DNA of 62,169 nt, the filler included, from Sphacelaria rigidula (taxonomy: Eukaryota): the NCBI GenBank assembly GCA_964200075.2. It is 4 parts of 4 records of this genome, joined end to end, with 100 filler letters (N's around TTAATTAATTAA, not from the genome) between each part and the next. Parts side by side here need not be neighbours in the genome. Positions count along the whole stretch, not along the records: positions 1 to 15,472 come from CAXNAA020001732.1; positions 15,573 to 31,040 come from CAXNAA020001733.1; 2 more parts are not named here. One strand, 5' to 3'. Both the position numbers and the translations under genes were made by a program. This document shows, piece after piece, positions 11,433-24,059 of the stretch (position 1 is its first letter; every line of letters begins with the position of its first letter). The notes beneath the pieces were generated by a model. That model saw only the letters and a list, made by a program, of their open reading frames with translations. It was not told the DNA's origin and made no database searches.

Positions 11433-14400
11433 AAGCCAAACCAAAAAAATACACAAAAAAAAAAGAACCCATAACTCTCTCTCACTNNNNNNNNNNGGCG
11501 GGCCAAAACCCGGGGTGCTCCGCCCGGGCTTTTTAGCGGGGCGGGGCCCATGACCATACCCCCACGGGCTGCAAGATCATGGATACCCCCCCCCCCCCCC
11601 CCTCTTTTATTGGCCAAACATCTTCTCCCCTTCTTCTCCTCCTTTTCCTTCTATAAAAATAATAATCATACACAAAAGAACGAAAGAACAAAACCTTCTG
11701 TCCCCCCGCGGTTACCCATGAAACTAAGTGTCCGATCGGCGATAGCTGGTCTAAAACATGTGTCACTCTCCTCTATGGATTTGTTCGTTTCGTGTGCCAC
11801 GACTTTTCATCATTGCACCTCGTTTCGTCTTGTCCGTCTTGTCAGCAGGCTTATCTGGGTTTCGGAGAGGAGCAAGAGCAAAAGGCGGCTGTTTCCCTTG
11901 CTAGACGACCTCGTCAGGTAAACAGTTAAACACGCGCCGTTTTACAATAATGGGTAGGGGGACGCACACACCTCTCTCTGTGTTCCGTTCTGTGTATACT
12001 TCCTTATACGTACGATGATTCACCCTCTGCTGTCGAAATTGAGTCTCCGGCCTTTTGCACATATACGTCACACATGTATTGTAGTCCGAGTCGGCCTCTG
12101 GTGATCGCTGTCGGAGGATTCGCGGTGAGCACGTGTAGCGTCCGTTCCTGGCTCTTGGCACACCGAACGAGGCATACCGTAGCCGGCAAGCAGAGTCATT
12201 GTGCCGAGTTCGTCGACACGGGAGCAGGCAGACCACAGACCGTTTTAGGAGGTATTGTACAACGACATACTAAGACCGATATTTTGTATTGTTGCCGTCT
12301 GCTCTGTTCTGCGCGTTGGACTCGACGCGTGCCTTTTTCTCTTTTTAAAAAGTTGACGTGATGGATGTTCTCTTCTTGCCTCTCTTTGCCTCTTGTCTAC
12401 TCGTCTTCACTTCTTCATTTTCCCTTCCAAACGCTGACGTGATGAGTTTATTCGTTACCCTGGGGCGATGAAACTGACGGGGGGGGAGAGGAGGCGTTCC
12501 GGGCGGTCTGCCATAGCCAGATTGTTCTGACTCGCTGTGCGCTCCAGCATCTTGCGAGGTCATTGCTGGTGGAGTACCGTTGGATACGTCCACACACTGT
12601 CCACTTTATAAACACTTGGCCGCATGTGTCACTGTTTACTCACCTCTCTCCCTTTCCTTTTATACTTATCCGTGCGCTTTCCCACCATCCCTGCCGTTGT
12701 GGTAGACCCGCTATCGCTCTCGTAAGGAACCGGAAAAGAGATGGGGTGCTCCCTTGGGACCACGGACTAGTCCCGAGGAAGGGGAGGGGTTCATAGTTCG
12801 TAATAAAAGGAAGAAAAAAGGGAGGGGGAGATGGAAGATGAGGGGGAGGAAAAGGCGGGAACCGAACAGAGCAGGGAACCCCGCGGCTGTTGAAAGGAGG
12901 TTGATCTCACCATCTGCTGTCACCCACCCACCGCCTCTTTCTTTTTCAGGGTGGTGTGCCGCGAGAGGTGACTCACTTGCTTTGCTTCGTCACTGACAAA
13001 ATTGCGCCTTTTCGTGGGCGTGGGTGTTGGAACGATACTTGTCAGTCGATACCTCCATGTACCGTAGAATACTTGGTGCTGCAGTTGCCCTGAGGATAAG
13101 CCAGGGTAGCTAATAGGGTACCTGATAGGAGCAGTACCCTATATCTATCGCACTGGATTGTTTTGATTCTGAGTGCTTTTTCTTTTTCGCCTAGTCAGTC
13201 GTGTAGGTAGATGACTGTAATAGACGGTGGCGATGGTGATGGTGATGGAGGTTTCGGAACACATCTTGAGGCTCCCAATAGGACAACGAATTCTTGCTAC
13301 ATGTCGTCGTGCTCTGGGATGTACGGCAGAGGTGGTGATGTGCGTAGTAGTCAATCATCCAGCATTTCGCGTCGCTCAATACGAATTGTTTAACCCGAAA
13401 TGAGTAACGCGCCGTCTTTTGTCGTTGACTATCGTATGAACGTGCATGTATACATATAGAGACCGAGTCGAAGAGAGGCCCGAACCCAGAGGCCCGGGAA
13501 GGAGGGTACGGGTTGGTTGTGATGAAGGGACTCCTCGCCGTGGGGGAGGCTCCGGCGACAAGAGCTAAGCAGGTCGCACACGCAGACACTGGCGGTGAGT
13601 CGCGAAGCGTAATGCTTTGGTTGAGTGGTGGCTGTTCAGCTGATTGGTTGATGGAGAGGTTGATTAGCAGGCTGAACGTAAGCTACTGGTCCTTCTGACT
13701 GTAGTCGTGGTATTCTGAGTCACAATGTCACGCGTCTCCGCACTCGCATTTTGATCCCTCGATAGCTCACGTTAAATGTAACTGAATCTGATTGGGATGG
13801 AGTCGCCATCAAGAGACGGAAAGCGAAACACTTCGCTGGAAAAGATTCAAGTGCGGTGGTGCTCGCACGGTACGGTATAGGGAACGTGGGCGCTTCACGG
13901 CCCTACTACGTGCTGTACCACACTGTACTTCGCACTGCGATGTAGGGTACCAAAACATGGTACTGTACTGTGTATCGCGCCGCAACGCACTGCAGTATGA
14001 TATGCTGTGCTCCCATACGATACTCCCTGCACGCGCACGCCCCGATCATGCATGAGACTCCACACGGCATGCACGTAATGACCACGATTGCCTTGTGTGT
14101 GCCAAACACCACACGATAAACGCAACAATAATGTTCACATGACCCCATTCGCATGAAATCTGCCGTAACACTGCACACACGAAACTCTGTACCCATGCTA
14201 CATGCCACAGTATGTTGTCGAGAGCATGAGGGCGAGATTTGGTGTGGGTACAGGGAAAGATAAAGAAAAGGCGATGAATTTCGCGGGTAGTGCCCATCCA
14301 ACGCTCTTGGTATGAAGCAAAACGCTAGGCAAGTGCCGCGGGAAGCTAGGGGGCAGGAGAGTCCAATACAATAGTAGCACACTTCGGGTATACTCATTGC

Positions 14401-15066
14401 GCTATATGACAGGTCGACACCCATGTGACCGGAATATTACGATTTTTGAAACGCGGAAAAATATGTCAGTGGCATGCTAAGGCGCCAAATAATCTTCTGG
14501 TCCGTGTAACCGAAATATGAAGATGTCGGGAACATGCAAAAGGTACGGTAGTGGTGGGCTAAGGCGCCAAATAATTTTTCTTTGATTCCTCGGTGACCGC
14601 GACTGACAAGTACATTATTCACTCTCATGAGATATGTAATAGTATATCCTCAAACTTTCGTGGGATCTTCACTGATGGGAAAAGATTTCCACTGGAGAAA
14701 TGTCAGAATATGAACTGCAGAAACATTCTTACACATTAGCCAAGGCGCATGTGCTTGCAGTTGGTACGAAATACCGTCGCGTCCCAGTGATTTAATTATA
14801 CAAGTGAAGTTATTAGGTCCAGAGAATGCCGCTTGGATTCTCGGCGGGTGCGTTTGCTTTTTTCTGGGGAAAATGTTTTCATTTCTGTCGTTGAGAATGT
14901 CAGGACGTAGGCGGCGAAATGAGATTATTTGACAAAAGTCGACGCGGTACTGAAGTGCTGATGGTCATGATCCAACCCGCGATACCAACATGCAAAGCAT
15001 GTTCCGGGAGAGGAATGGGTTGATCCCTTGAGACCACGGTGGAGGGGCTGCGAGGGTGCCCCCCCC

Positions 15067-15265
15067 TCACGGCGCTTCGCGCTTGGTGATTGATTGCGAG
15101 CCTGGTCCGGCAGAAACCCGTCGTGCTCCGTCCCGGCTTTCTAGGGATGCGAGATCAATGGTCATATGACTATGGCATGCAAGACCATGAGTACACCCCC
15201 CCCCATTAGCCCGCATTAGCTTGGTCCGGCGAGAACCCGGCGTGCTCCGTCCCGGCTTCGTAGGG
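15067..15265 (+). repeat. R3 copy ending gcaagaccatgagtaca + poly-C, followed by a partial second copy
   Basis: Direct similarity to 11304-11432. Sits immediately after a C-run. Confidence 0.7.
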
Positions 15266-15472
15266 GTGGAACCCGATGGGGTTGGCGTCGATCGGCGATG
15301 ACGCTGTAAAACACGTCACTCACTGCGGAAGGTAGGCAACCAGGCTACCGTTTGTTTTGCGCGCTTGTGTTTTTCTTGCGGTAACCATGATGGTAGTCGA
15401 GCTAGATCATGTTGTGCGGCGTGGGAGAACCTCAACGCCGCACGATGGGGATGATCGTACCACATAGTGTTT

Positions 15473-15572
15473 NNNNNNNNNNNNNNNNNNNNNNNNNNNN
15501 NNNNNNNNNNNNNNNNTTAATTAATTAANNNNNNNNNNNNNNNNNNNNNNNNNNNNNNNNNNNNNNNNNNNN
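15473..15572. other. Artificial contig-joining spacer
   Basis: N44 + TTAATTAATTAA (stops in all six frames) + N44. Confidence 0.97.
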
Positions 15573-16138
15573 TGGTTCTTCTCCCCCACCCCTTGTCGAA
15601 TGAGAAAGAGAAACAAAAAAAGAAGTCCCCCCCCCCCCCCCCCCCAATGATACTCAGTCCAAGCTGTCACACCCGCGCTTCACCGTTTGACGGTGGAGCA
15701 GTCCATATTTTTAGTCCCACGTATGCCCACGCACCACTTGGCGTTCCAGCCATGAGTTTAATCGAAGACTTTTCCTTCAGTGAAAATCTTGACTTTTCCG
15801 TCGTCATAGAGTTATATGGAACGCCTCATTAATACTGTATATAAAGGGTGTACCGAGAAACCACGTTCCGCAAGAAGCGGTGGACAGAAGCGTCATCTAT
15901 TTCAACCCAACGTGCGAAAAAAAAACGATCCGGGATTTAACGGTTCATCGATTAGTGGACGGGACCGCGCTTGTGTAATAAACCTGAGGTTGATTTTACA
16001 ATTGCGCTCACCACCGAAAGTGTATACGTGATGGTGCGACTGAAGGACATTCGCTCATGAAACAAAAACAGATGAGAGCACGAACGAACGCTGCCGATCG
16101 GAGTGAATCCACCAATACGAGATCTTTGGTATTCTCAC

Positions 16139-19100
16139 CGAAAACGAGACATTCTTGGGTGACACCTCTTTCGACGTCTGCAGCTGGATATTCCCGTTTT
16201 CAAAGTAGTGGCCCCTCAACGTAATCACACCGCTGACCTCCGCCGACCTGTCGCCCACTGCTATCGTGTACCTGCGACGGGGGAGGGGGGGAGGGGGGGC
16301 GTACTCATTTGTTGCTTGCCTTAGTCGTTCGACCATTGACCACCCATCCCTTTCGAGGCGGAGCGGGGTTGGGTAATAGGCCACGAGCGTTTCTTCTTCT
16401 CTTCACATAGAAACGGGATAACTCAATTAGATAAGAAAAAGAAAAAAAAAGTTGAGTTGCAAGTGCTGGAAGTAACATGCTCGAAACAGATTTGCGTCCG
16501 TTGCTGATACGGAACACCAGAGAATGCCACATTGAAGTTGGTGGGTGGCAAAAGGGCGGAGAGATATGTGATCTCATCCTGCTCCTCGACCACCTCACAT
16601 GTCGAGGGTCAAATCCTGCGCGTACCTGCCATTCCAGCTCCCGGTCCACCAGTTCCTGATGTTGTACTTGTGCGCGGAAACGTGAGCCACCATTGACCCG
16701 TCCTTGGCGAACACGCAAGCTGCCGATCTGCGCCCAAAGCGAACACCGTCATCCATTTGTTCGAAAAAAATGAACATGAAAGTACAGCAATTCGGGCAAA
16801 TAGTGTGCACCCGTTAAACGACTATTATAACAGCGAAAGTAGCACGCACAACGAAACTGAGGCCGAAACTCATGAGAGTAAAGCGGCGCGTGCACTACGC
16901 CAAATTGACAGCGGGTTGCAGTAGCTTCAACTCCCACACTGCCTTGAGCAAAGTTTTTCGAACGCTCGAGGCGCCTACCTCATATGACCGCCACACGACC
17001 CCAATCGGGGGGTAAGTATTGGGTGAGGTTTCCTCCTTCCTTGAAGGAAAACAAACAAAAAACAACGAACAAATCATGTAGCGCAGCACAAAAACAGGAC
17101 GCATGCAGGTTGGTCACCGTATTCCACAAACCGCCCGGCTCTGCCAAGATTGTATGCAGGAAGGGATCACGCACAGGGCACGAAGCTTCATGTTCCGCAC
17201 ATGCAAGTGGGGGAAAGCTTTTCGAAAACAAACGTGTACCAGTACCCACGTAGTCAAGCATTAGCGCCACCATTGTCGTGCGATCAGTAGTGACCTTTCC
17301 TTTTTTAAATTCTTCACCAGATATACAGCACCACCTCCAGAAGCAGCTGATGCTGTTTTTGTTTAGTGGGTGCAAAAAATGTACCTCACCTGTCGTCAAT
17401 GTGGTGATCTAAATCTCTAAAAGTCGATCGATCAACGTTGAAAAGGTCAGTCTACTAATGTAGACGTCGATCTACTGATCAGCCTTGTTCCTTTTCAATA
17501 TTATCATGGAGGTATTCTACTGAAACCATTATTCATCCTCTGCGGCGTCAATTGGAGACGGTCATGCACCAAGGCCTAAAATATGCTGAGACTAGAGGAG
17601 CAGACGTCCTCGGAAGAGAGGTCTCCACATCTGCACGAATACCTACCGCAACAGACCAGCCATCGCGCGTTTTGCAGCCGGATGGTAAAGGATGCATATC
17701 ACTACAAAAGGGGGGAAGCGTTCATTGCACGATATGTATCCGCGCAAGGTAATACCCGACGAAGTTGACATTGTGTGTTCCTATTGTCAGTACAATGAGT
17801 GCTGTAGTACTGACTGTACGATGCAAGAAACCCCTCGACTGGGCTAGAATACCCGCGATCCATTCGTGAAAAAAAAAACGAATTGCAACTCGCACTCTGT
17901 CCTACTCTGGAACCATGTGAACGCTCTGCACAAGGGTCGTCACGCGCTTGCCAGAGAAAATAAATATCTTCACGTGGGAGCATACCACCGAAGAATATCC
18001 CGTTGATTTTGATAGAAGAAAACTAGAGCAACTGCCCCTGTCATTTTCAGACCGTCGTGGTAACGCCCACGCTAAGTCTGACACTCTGAGGGAGGAGACG
18101 TTGCTCCCTGCCCGAACATGTCCGCAGTGGTCCTGGACAGAAGATACTCTTCTCCTTGGCTGCGTCGTGTGGCCGCGTCTTGCTCGACACGGCGTATAGA
18201 ACTCAGGGGCATCTACCTCCAACAGACGGAGAACCTTAACTGGTGGCTATTTCCCGCTTTGGTGCCAGCCTCGACCAACAGGGGGTCGATGTAAGCAACA
18301 AGGATGGCAAGATCTACTCCTGCCTCCGCGCGGATTTCATATCGTTACCCTCTACAATTGTCATTATGAAGTGTTCTTGTTTTCGGAACAGTTCAGCATC
18401 GTGCATAATCATCCTTTCAAGCCACGCAGCGCACATAACGCCTTGGGTCGTCGAAACTGCTTCGCCAACACCTACCTGCGGCTTCAGTCCACACATACGT
18501 CAACTTTCAGTACCAACAGATGCCAGGTGTACTGTGTTGGGGCGCCTAATCTCCGATAATACCGCCTTCATAACATTGAAAAGGAATAACACTGTAATGT
18601 AGACGTCGATCTACCAACGCGGAGACGCCGACTTCGAAATTGTGTGAAAACTTTGCATGGAAAAAAACGTTTTGCGTAGACTGACTTTTCAGCGCCTGAG
18701 AAGAAGCTTGCTCGGTAGGCATCCAGTCCTTCCTCCACTGCGACTCGGTACTGTTCCATGGAAGGGTCCGCCGAAGCGCCGTCTTCTGCACCGAGCACTT
18801 GCACATTCTTGAAAAAAAACACGACGTCAGCGAGCAGACACGAAAAAATAAATAAAGCGTTAAACTACGAAGTTGCCGACTTGTGTCCATGCATGCCCAC
18901 TGCGCACTTCTTGCCACTACTTCTTTACCTGTGCCAACGCTCTAGCAGATAAAAAAATTCCCGATGCTTCGGTGTCAAAAAGGGTCTCGGATCATGGATA
19001 ATGTCATTTTCCACAGTCGGAAGAACGGTCATGCCAGACGCGGCATGTTAGCGCTTCGAGCGGTCGTCGGTGGATTTTCGCATTTAGCGATCGTCCACCA

Positions 19101-21356
19101 GGAAAGCATGATCTCGGGTAAACAGATGAACACCTACACGTTTCAGGAGTCAAGGTTTTTCCCAGAATCCCCCCCTCTCTACGTTTCTCACAAGACGTGC
19201 ACACCCGATCATGTATATAAGTATCGTTTCTACGGGATTTACAGGTTCTGAGATATGATGCCAGAACGGAGATACGGCAAACGCTGCGCAAATGCTGATT
19301 GATCGATTGATTGATTGTCGCACTTTAACTGACCCCCGAGGGGCCCAGCCGTGGTCTCATGGTAGACGTACTCAACAAGAACGGAATTCAAACACGCTCT
19401 AAGAAAACAATAGGAACAGGAAGAAAAAAGGAAAAGAAGGAGGGGTCAAACAGAACGACATAGCAGACCAAGTCGTGACAAAAAAAAAAGAATAAAAATT
19501 CAGCACAAGCAAAGCGCAGAAATAAATGGCCGACGTAAAGTGAGAGCGGAAAGCAAGAGGAAAGTACAGATTAAAGACAAAAAAAGGAACGATGGATGCT
19601 ATTTCGATATTTCACAGACGCGATAGAGAGGAAGAATCAATTTATCGGCACTTATAAAGATCAGTATATTCCACCCACGATGAGTTGGTGACCTTGCTGT
19701 GTAGTACGTACGGCATTCCAGGTCATCCAGGAGAAAAGCAACGATGTCACAATGAGCCACATGAAAAATAAAAATAAACGTGAAACCGCCGGGCCGTTCC
19801 GAACTGTGAACCAATTCGGAATTTTTTCAACTCCACGAGTTATCTCGTACAAGCCAGCGACTAGTAAAAAATCACCAACATGCCACAAGAGACGCGATAG
19901 AATGGGCAGATGGGCTGATAATGAACAGCTACAGATAAAAGAGAACACAAAAAAAGGACGCACCTCTGCCGTGACCTCTGCCGTGACGTGGTCCACCGTG
20001 AATCCGCCACCCCCCCTGCTGTCCCTGCAATTGGCACCGTCCAAAGACCCCTCCGCCGCGAGAACCACGCCGTGGTTGCAGACCTTGCATCATCCAGCGT
20101 GTGTGCGAGAGCAACGGGCCGGGGGGGTACAGCAGCGGCGAAGTCGGATGGCATTGACGAGGACGTTGGCTAGGACTTGCACCAGTGGGAAAATAAAGTA
20201 CGATAATCCGATCGCATGGTGCAAGATGATGATTCGATCACATGGTCATATACTCCCCTCGTTCAGTAGCAGTGTACGGCACTTGAAGAGGTTCATACAA
20301 GCTCCCATATTTGCGCGAAAAAAACTCATATGTGGCGCAAACAAGACATGCCAGTGTCATACATAGTCCTATTTAGTGCCTCATCTTTAATTTATGACAC
20401 GTGTCATGATAAAGCTGCTGGGTTTCTGTTGGATGCAATGGCGCACCCTGTTGAAGAAGCTGGTGCTTCACACATTTTGGGTGAATTCCGTAAGTTCTAG
20501 TCCCGGGACATAGAATCCATTCTTACCAGTAACAGTAACCCGAAAGCGTGCTGATAGATCATGATGCAGTGATCCAACGCTCGATAATAAAGTGCGCTGT
20601 AAGTACCGCGAGAGAGACCAATTCATTCCCGTAGACCACGGACTCCCCCCGAGGAAGGAAAGGGGGGGAGGGGGAGTTGAAAGTGCGGCCATAAAAAGAG
20701 CGGTAAAAAAAAGCCTCCAGACTGAAGACAACATTGGGTGTCATTATGCAGCGCATGGGCGATGCAGTCCGAAAGAGAACAGCTTGAGTTTGAAGCGTCG
20801 TGTTGCTTCACCTCGACGACAACACCCTCTTGGGCGTTGTATGCTTTGGCTATCTCGGCAGCTCTTGCATCATCCAGCAGCCCTCCCGGCAGTAGTTTTC
20901 GTACATCTGGCACATAACCGGCGGCGACATGAAGATGCGATTGTTTCAACAACCCATCATAAAATTGAAAAAAACAACTGCGTGTGGGCACCGTGTGGCG
21001 AACAATTGGAGCACAGAGATGGTCCGGCCACAAATGCGATTGATACGATATACGAAGCAGGTTCGATTCGTGCACGGTACTTTCATGTCGCAGCACCTTG
21101 GTACGTCAACAAAATGTAGACCACCTACGCGCACGATGGCATGTGACCCACGCGTGACCGACTCGCTGTACCAGCTGGCCAGCGGCGAGATAACTCAGGA
21201 AGTCAATAACCTCCCCCCGGCGTGTTTATGTAGTATCTAACCTGTCAAAACGTCCGAGAACTGCCCCGGCGGGCTACTCATTAGCATGTGGGTCGCGATG
21301 GTTAGCTTCTCCTCGTCGGTCACCACCTCCACCTCGTAGTCTCCATCGTCCGCCAT
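16139..21356 (-). CDS. CAPZA: F-actin capping protein subunit alpha, 3'-partial; coding exons 21242-21356, 20812-20906, 19964-20083, 18686-18807, 16626-16727, 16139-16271
   Basis: Six GT-AG exons splice in frame (intron phases 1,0,0,2,2) to MADDGDYEVEVVTDEEKLTIATHMLMSSPPGQFSDVLTDVRKLL...AYN...FTVDHV...HKYNIRNWWTGSWNGRY...HYFENGNIQL. This matches the CP-alpha motifs PPGEF.EV..DVR.LL, F.FDH, N.WNGRW and HYYEDGNVQL. The C-terminal exon(s) are not on this contig. Confidence 0.93.
16300..16370 (-). mobile_element. R1 element copy abutting the CAPZA exon-6 acceptor
   Basis: Reverse complement matches 3552-3622; its poly-C tail occupies 16279-16299. Confidence 0.7.
19297..19400 (-). repeat. Probable LINE/SINE 3' end with (CAAT)n tail
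   Basis: Minus strand reads ...tcagttaaagtgcgacaatcaatcaatcgatcaatc; a closely similar terminus occurs at 59289-59320. Confidence 0.45.
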
Positions 21357-21443
21357 GCCTAAAAACACGAACCACATGCGCGTTTTTTTGTCGTGGAACA
21401 TATAAGGCACGAGAGAGGCGAGGGACACGTGTATGTATGGGGG

Positions 21444-21558
21444 CGTACTCATTTGTTGCTTGCCTTAGTCACGTGTATGTATGGGGGGGGAGGGGGTACT
21501 GATTTGTTGCTTGCCATTGTCGTTTGGCCATCGACCACGAATCCCTTTTGAGATCAGA
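21444..21558 (-). mobile_element. Two adjacent R1 copies: a 26-bp 5'-truncated copy with an 18-bp TSD, next to an older copy
   Basis: cacgtgtatgtatggggg is duplicated at 21426-21443 and 21470-21487 around 21444-21469. Confidence 0.7.
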
Positions 21559-21687
21559 CACGTGTGGGAGTACTCCATATTTGTTGGAAAGTGGGAGGTT
21601 AATTTGTGCTTGTTTCAAGCCATGCTTTAGTCAGATCGTTGGAAAGCTTGTAGTCCGTATCAATCTAGTTTTCATTTGTCGCACTTT

Positions 21688-21930
21688 GAACCCCTCCCCT
21701 TCCTCGGGACAAGTACTTGGTCTTGAGGGATCGACACATATCTCCCCGGTATATACCTTGCATCTTGGTCTCGCGGATTGGATCATGACCAGTATCCCCG
21801 CACCGCATCAAATCTCGTCAAACAAACTCAGTAAAAATATTTGCGTTTACCCAAACGTACTGACGCTTTTCACGATGGAAATCAGATACTTCGAAGAAAA
21901 AACCCAACGGATTGGGGATCAAACTCACGT
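21688..21930 (+). repeat. R2 dispersed repeat copy
   Basis: aacccctccccttcctcgggacaag...cgcggattggatcatgacc...aatcagatacttcgaagaa, matching 27627-27860. Confidence 0.75.
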
Positions 21931-23171
21931 TCTCTTCACCATAAGGGTGACAGTCGGACCATTGCACCAGCAATAATTATGCACCAAACGTGCTTGATTG
22001 ATGCTTGTCCGCGCGCGCCAAACATGTCCCCATGTTTGGCTGTTCATACTGCTCTGAATTGAAATAAGTGCTCACATATGATTGCATTTACATAATTCTA
22101 TCACGCCGATCACCCTAGGGGTGAGCGTCACCCATCTTTCCATAAAAGATCCTACACGCAGCCGCCGCACTTCAGTGCTCAAACTGGTACCTCATCAGTC
22201 CATTCGGGCGGAGTTCTAGATTTCGGACCTCGTCTTATGCCCCACACGGCTGTTTTGGTGCTATGATGGTGTCGTTTATGCCGTTGTTTGTGTAAGACGC
22301 TCGATCTACCCATCATCACACTGCTGCTGTGTACGCGGCCCCTGCCTGTGAGGTATGCTGCTGCCGCTGTTGTGTACGGTCTAAGTTATGAATTTGAAAG
22401 GGGGTCCCGAAAGCATGTGGTGGGGGATGGGCGAGTCCCCGGAAAATGACAACCACGGCGATCTCCGTTGTTGTGTACGTCCTCCATTTGGACCGGGTAA
22501 TCACGCGTGTCACGTAACCGACATCGGTGAAAAAGACCACGAAGGTCAACGGGCTGCGGGAGCGCTGACCCAATGGTCGACATTAGTTGCAAGCCGGAAA
22601 CCGGGGAAGGGAGCGAGGGGGGTAGTAGATTCGTTGGGACCGCGGAGTCGTCCAGAGGAGGGCGAGTGGTTGAAAGTATCAAAGTATGACTAAAAAGAGA
22701 GACGCATGCACGTATCCACAGGGACCCTGCAGAGATATCGAGCGACTGCAGAATTTGTTATACGTGCCTGTTGAGGGTCTCCAGGTAACTCCAAAACTCA
22801 ACCGTCGTAGGTCACTTCTTGTAGTCGGAAAACGGGCTCTCGGATAAACGCCCTTTTTGAGCTTTTCATCGAGGATTTTTGGCGCAATCCGGACCTCAGC
22901 GGATTGAGCCTCCTCTGAAATATTCGCTATGCTTTCCAAGAGGACTCTAGCGCATTTCCCCCATCTTTCGTGAGTCCAGTTTCACTATCGGCCGGATTCC
23001 CGATTTTGTCTTCAGCCCTGAAACTCCTTGAGCTGTCGACAAAAAGTGGCCTTGCGTGGCGTATTTTTGACGATGTTTACGATGTGCGGTGAATTAACGC
23101 CGATCTCCTCAGAACGGGTACATCCTCGCTCAGAGTCTGGGAACATATTATCAAGATGTGACCCAACTTTC

Positions 23172-23341
23172 CACACCCTGGACAACATATGGCCAATGGA
23201 TGCAATGGACAAAATATGTACTGGATTAAGTACCCGCCTATTGCAACTAATAACGGCCGACAAGAGTTGCAATAGGTCTATATTTCACCCGGTACACTTC
23301 TTGTCTATTGCATATATCGACCATATATTGTCCAAGGTGTG
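23172..23341. mobile_element. Fold-back MITE, probably hAT-type
   Basis: Ungapped 77-bp imperfect inverted arms (23172-23248 and 23265-23341) with a 16-nt loop. Flanks caactttc/caacttta match at 7 of 8 positions, consistent with an 8-bp TSD. Confidence 0.65.
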
Positions 23342-24059
23342 CAACTTTAACTTCGAGAGGTGGCCATGCTTGGAAGCCTAGATACTAGGGTCTACATAAT
23401 CCAACCCATGACACTCGCTGCGGAAAATATCAGAGTACCGCAATAGTCACGTGGGGTAATCCGGGGACAAAGAGGCGCAACACACAAAAGGCGTATGGCG
23501 CGTTGTCTCGTCCGTTGGCGGGTGTGACGAAGTTGGCCTTGGACTGCAAAACAAGAAACAACTGAAGAGCATACCGTTGTACAGTGCGCGTAGGAGTACT
23601 GCAGACGGTTACGGCTGAAGGAAGACGGACAGTACTCGCACTCACATGCACACCCAGTCGTCTCACAGACAGTACAGTACTCCAACCAGTACTAAATACT
23701 TCGTCAAAGCTTTTGAGAGCATATGTGCACGGGGTTGGGCATCTACGGATCACAATGTGCTACATTTTTCGGGCCGCACTGCCATGCTACTATGTATCGC
23801 CCAGTGTGTACCAGACAGGAATCGTCGGAGAATTGCAACCTATGCTCATGGCGCAATTCACAGTAAGCGGCGAGGTGGAAAGATTACACCCGTAAGCACC
23901 AGGTGCCTGGACGGACGTGCCTCAACTCGGAACATAAACCGACGTTTTCCCGTCTTTGCAGCTAGCTGTGTCTTGGTTTTGGCTACTGCAAACTTCAACG
24001 GGTTCTCCGTGTGCAAGCGAATACAAGAAGCACTAGACGACTGAATAACTCTAGCATAC

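Noticed and set aside
11432-11640. Second R3 copy adjacent to a 10-N gap
   Set aside because: Same pattern of corrupted overlap around a homopolymer; probably an assembly artefact.
13513-13698. SVMLWL resembling the CP-beta TVMLWL motif
   Set aside because: Different contig, wrong position relative to CAPZB, and no surrounding similarity.
15517-15528. TTAATTAATTAA palindrome repeated three times in the window
   Set aside because: Synthetic six-frame stop linker inside N runs.
22388-22693. ORF between the two capping-protein genes
   Set aside because: No convincing family match (at best a faint LINE RT echo), and it lies in the inferred UTR intron.
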